DNA from: an uncultured Candidatus Saccharibacteria bacterium
Lineage (GTDB): Bacteria > Patescibacteriota > JABMPQ01 > JAQVVF01
NCBI GenBank assembly: GCA_964574655.1
Contig: CAZNOH010000001.1
Coordinates: 9,852-73,851, forward strand
Length of the DNA: 64,000 nucleotides
Direction of reading: 5' to 3'
Below the pieces are notes generated by a model. It searched no databases. It was not told the origin of the DNA and saw nothing but the letters and a program-made list of their open reading frames with translations. The position numbers and the translations under genes are program-made. Below are positions 61,267 through 64,000 of this stretch, one piece after another; within the stretch, counting starts at the first letter, position 1, and every line of letters starts with the position of its first letter.

Positions 61267-62607
61267 TTATTTTAGAATATAGACAACAATATCTCCAACA
61301 TTTGTTCCTGTTAAACCTGTTTCAATTAAAGAATTGTTAATTTGTTTGAAGAAAGAATTGCTGTCGAATTTTTTTAAATATGACTTGAGATCTAGTTTTT
61401 TTTCTTCTGCTTTTTTTGAAGTTTCTTGATCTGCAATTGCACCTGCGATTTCTTTCATAAAATCTGAACCATCAGTTGAGCAACTTGCGATTGTAAATTC
61501 GCCTTCATATTCTTGTTCGATGAAAGCTTGTAATGAAGCTAAAACATAATGTTGATTTCTGCCACCATTTCCATGATCAGTTGGTAACTTTGGTGTTGTT
61601 TCTCCGCCTAAAATTAAACAATTATAATCTTTAAATTTACCTTTTTTAATTTCTGAAGCATAAAGATTAGCTGCTTCTTCCGGACTGCCTTGCATTTGAG
61701 CGGTCAATAAGATTGGTTCTAGTTTAAATTCTTTGGCTTTGTTTTGTATAGCAGAAAGTGCAATTTTGCTATTTCCAATCAAGAAATTATGGCAGTTTTC
61801 TAATTTTTCTGGCTCTAATTCTTCTAATGTAATATTTTTTTCAAACAGAGTGACAATGCTTGGCGGAATTTGATTCATTAATTTATATTTTTCTAAAATT
61901 GAATAAGCTTGTTTGTCGGTTGAAGTATCAGGAACTGTTGGGCCTGAAGCGATTGTTTCTAAATCATCGCCAATTACATCTGATAAAATTAGAGTAATAA
62001 CTGGAATTGGCGAGAAATATAATCCTAATTTTCCGCCTTTGATTTGAGAAACTTTTTTTCTGATAATATTTATTTCTTTGATGTCAGCGCCTGATGAAAT
62101 TAAAACTTTATTCAATTTTTGTTTGTCTTCTAAGGAAACATTTTTAACTGGATTGACCATCAAAGATGATGCGCCACCAGAAAGAAGGCAGATTATTAAA
62201 TCATTTGGATTGATTTTGTATTTAGATTTTAATTCCATCATTTCTTTTGTACCATTCAAGCTATTTTCGTTTGGAATTGGATGGCTGGCTTTATTTACTT
62301 TTATTTTTTCTAATTTGTAATTAGTATTAGGACAATTAATAATTCCAGCTGTAATATTTTCTTTGCCTAAAACTTGTTCTAAACTTTCAGCCATTTTGCC
62401 AGTTGCTTTTCCAGCTCCGATGACAAAGATTCTGTCTTTGACAATAAATTCTTCTTCTTGAATTTTTAAAGTCTTGTTCTTGGTATCAAATTGAACAAAA
62501 TCTTTGATGATTTTGTCTGGCAAAACGCTATTTATGCCAGCTTCTAAAATTTCTAAAGCTTGTTTTTTTGTCTCTGTTGTTGCTAATTGAGCTTTGTTTT
62601 TGATCAT
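61267..62607 (-). CDS. Glycerate kinase, MOFRL family
   Basis: GAGKA, ASHPIP, LLSGGASSL, IKGG.L, SDVIGD...IASGPT, GGRNQ, TGTNVGD. Confidence 0.93.
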   Translation of the reverse strand: MIKNKAQLATTETKKQALEILEAGINSVLPDKIIKDFVQFDTKNKTLKIQEEEFIVKDRIFVIGAGKATGKMAESLEQVLGKENITAGIINCPNTNYKLEKIKVNKASHPIPNENSLNGTKEMMELKSKYKINPNDLIICLLSGGASSLMVNPVKNVSLEDKQKLNKVLISSGADIKEINIIRKKVSQIKGGKLGLYFSPIPVITLILSDVIGDDLETIASGPTVPDTSTDKQAYSILEKYKLMNQIPPSIVTLFEKNITLEELEPEKLENCHNFLIGNSKIALSAIQNKAKEFKLEPILLTAQMQGSPEEAANLYASEIKKGKFKDYNCLILGGETTPKLPTDHGNGGRNQHYVLASLQAFIEQEYEGEFTIASCSTDGSDFMKEIAGAIADQETSKKAEEKKLDLKSYLKKFDSNSFFKQINNSLIETGLTGTNVGDIVVYILK

Positions 62608-62750
62608 TTGGATTTAAGGTTAAAGATTTAAGATTAAAGTTAGTTTTTATTATTTTTGAAGTAGATTTAAAATTGTTGACTTTTTATTATTATTTTGATA
62701 TTATATTTTGTTGTAGTTTGGCTTTGGCAGAGAGAGAAAAGGAGGAGAAG

Positions 62751-63293
62751 ATGGCTCTACATCTATTTGCAGGAATGGGTAAGGTGGGAGAAAAAGAATC
62801 GACATCTTGTGGAAAGAATCTTTTGGTGAAAAGTATCCAAGCAGTATATTTAGATGATTCTCGTGTGTGTCAAGATTGTCTCAAAGAAGATTGCCTTGCA
62901 CCAGTTGCAGATCCAGCAATGGTTTTTGAAGCCAAAAGGTTGGGAGTGATTACGGGGACAACCGTGATTAACACCGGGATGATTTCTTTCGTATTTTTGC
63001 GTGATTCAGGAGTGTCTTATGATAAGATTTTTGAATTTCTTGGTTATTATGGTCATGCAGAATTGATCAAGGATGATGAAGGCAAACATTGGGAAATCTG
63101 CGTGATGCAATCAGGACATGGACAAGTATTTCATAGTGGGAATTAATTCTCTTTGCAAGAAATTTTACCTGAAGTACCATCATGTAATCTGCTGATGCAA
63201 AGAGATCTTTTTGATGAGTTTGAAAGGGTGTGTCAGAAGGTGGGGATCGAATTGGTCGTCCATCATTTCGATGGAGAATTGCGAACAAGTTGA
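62751..63293 (+). pseudogene. SD-class hypothetical gene, possibly interrupted by in-frame TAA at 63144-63146
   Basis: TTGACT-17bp-TATTAT, AAGGAGG, ATG 62751; the same frame stays open 48 codons past the TAA to TGA 63291-63293, then a terminator. Confidence 0.5.
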
Positions 63294-63340
63294 TCTTTTT
63301 TTGTGAAACCGCGACGCGGTTTTTTTTATTTTCTTTTTCT

Positions 63341-63429
63341 GGACAGAGCAATGCTCTGTCCCTACAACGATTTTCTATTTTATAAATTTGAATCTTGGAA
63401 TTAGGACAGGACAATGTCCTGTCCCTACA
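63341..63429 (-). repeat. Two GTAG-type REP palindromes (63341-63366, 63402-63429)
   Basis: Minus strand TGTAGGGACAGAGCATTGCTCTGTCC and TGTAGGGACAGGACATTGTCCTGTCC. Confidence 0.75.
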
Positions 63430-63599
63430 TTTATTTTTTCTAGAAAATTATTAATCGGTCTTGCCCAAATTTGTTTTTTGCCATATTGAGCTTGATAAAT
63501 AACTAGATCCTGTAATGTTTCGCTGTGTTTGGCAATGCCAATTATTTTATATTTTTCACCTTTAAAATGCTGGTATAGGTCTAATTTGATTTGAGGCAT
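63375..63599 (-). CDS. DUF1653-like small protein
   Basis: YQHFKG..Y.IIGIAKHSET...LVIYQAQYG...WARP. Confidence 0.85.
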   Translation of the reverse strand: MPQIKLDLYQHFKGEKYKIIGIAKHSETLQDLVIYQAQYGKKQIWARPINNFLEKINVGTGHCPVLIPRFKFIK

Positions 63600-64000
63600 A
63601 ATAATCTATTTTGATTTGATTTGGAATTTTGTAGCCGAATTTTTTAATATAAATTTTCAAATCTGATTGGCTGGCAATAGTCAATGTTCTTGGATTAATT
63701 TCTTTTAAATTAATCCATTTTATTTGATAACATTTTTCTGGCTCTAATATTTTTGGCTGGCCTGATTTGTATTTGGCAATAAAAGTAGGCGAGACCCAAT
63801 GTTGTTTTTCGTTTGGAATAATATGATTGACAACTTCTAGTAATTCCAAAATTTTTATATTAAAACCATATTCTTCTTTAATTTCTCTGATTACTGCATC
63901 TTCACATTTTTCGTTAAATTCAACTGATCCGCCTGGAAAATCCCAACATCCTTTTTCATTTCTGGCTTTTTTGCCTCTTTGGGCCAAAAATACTTGGCCG
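63562..64000 (-). CDS. NUDIX hydrolase (5' end beyond window)
   Basis: PGGSVEFNEKCEDAVIREIKEEYG. Confidence 0.85.
   Translation of the reverse strand, partial: GQVFLAQRGKKARNEKGCWDFPGGSVEFNEKCEDAVIREIKEEYGFNIKILELLEVVNHIIPNEKQHWVSPTFIAKYKSGQPKILEPEKCYQIKWINLKEINPRTLTIASQSDLKIYIKKFGYKIPNQIKIDYYASNQIRPIPAF

Overview
AT-rich bacterial chromosome segment in genetic code 11. Gene content and protein style suggest a Patescibacteria/CPR lineage (inference). The housekeeping backbone comprises rpoB (3' part), rpoC, ftsK, rodZ-like, recA, efp, ychF, rpsF-ssb-rpsR, a phosphomutase, trpS, rnj, tRNA-Leu(CAG), secG, uvrC, uvrA, polX, CIRCE-groES-groEL, a glycerate kinase and NUDIX genes. The main signal is two classes of genes with different expression signals. 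Housekeeping genes have AT-rich leaders with no Shine-Dalgarno (SD). About 24 orphan/accessory genes (an island at ~12.1-29.6 kb plus singletons between core genes) have a very strong SD (AAGGAGG); about 16 of these also carry a boxA-like motif (GYTCTTT..AA) just upstream of the SD, usually after a sigma70-type promoter. Seven island genes share an N-terminal peptide (K.F.V..P.G..K.W) fused to variable bodies, and five of them sit in a tandem array with a repeated ~130-bp promoter cassette and signs of module exchange. Also present: REP-like palindromes in 5' UTRs and in frame within uvrA/uvrC, dispersed micro-tandem repeat families, and a candidate structured RNA between rpsF and ssb. All counts and alignments were made by eye; no database searches were run.
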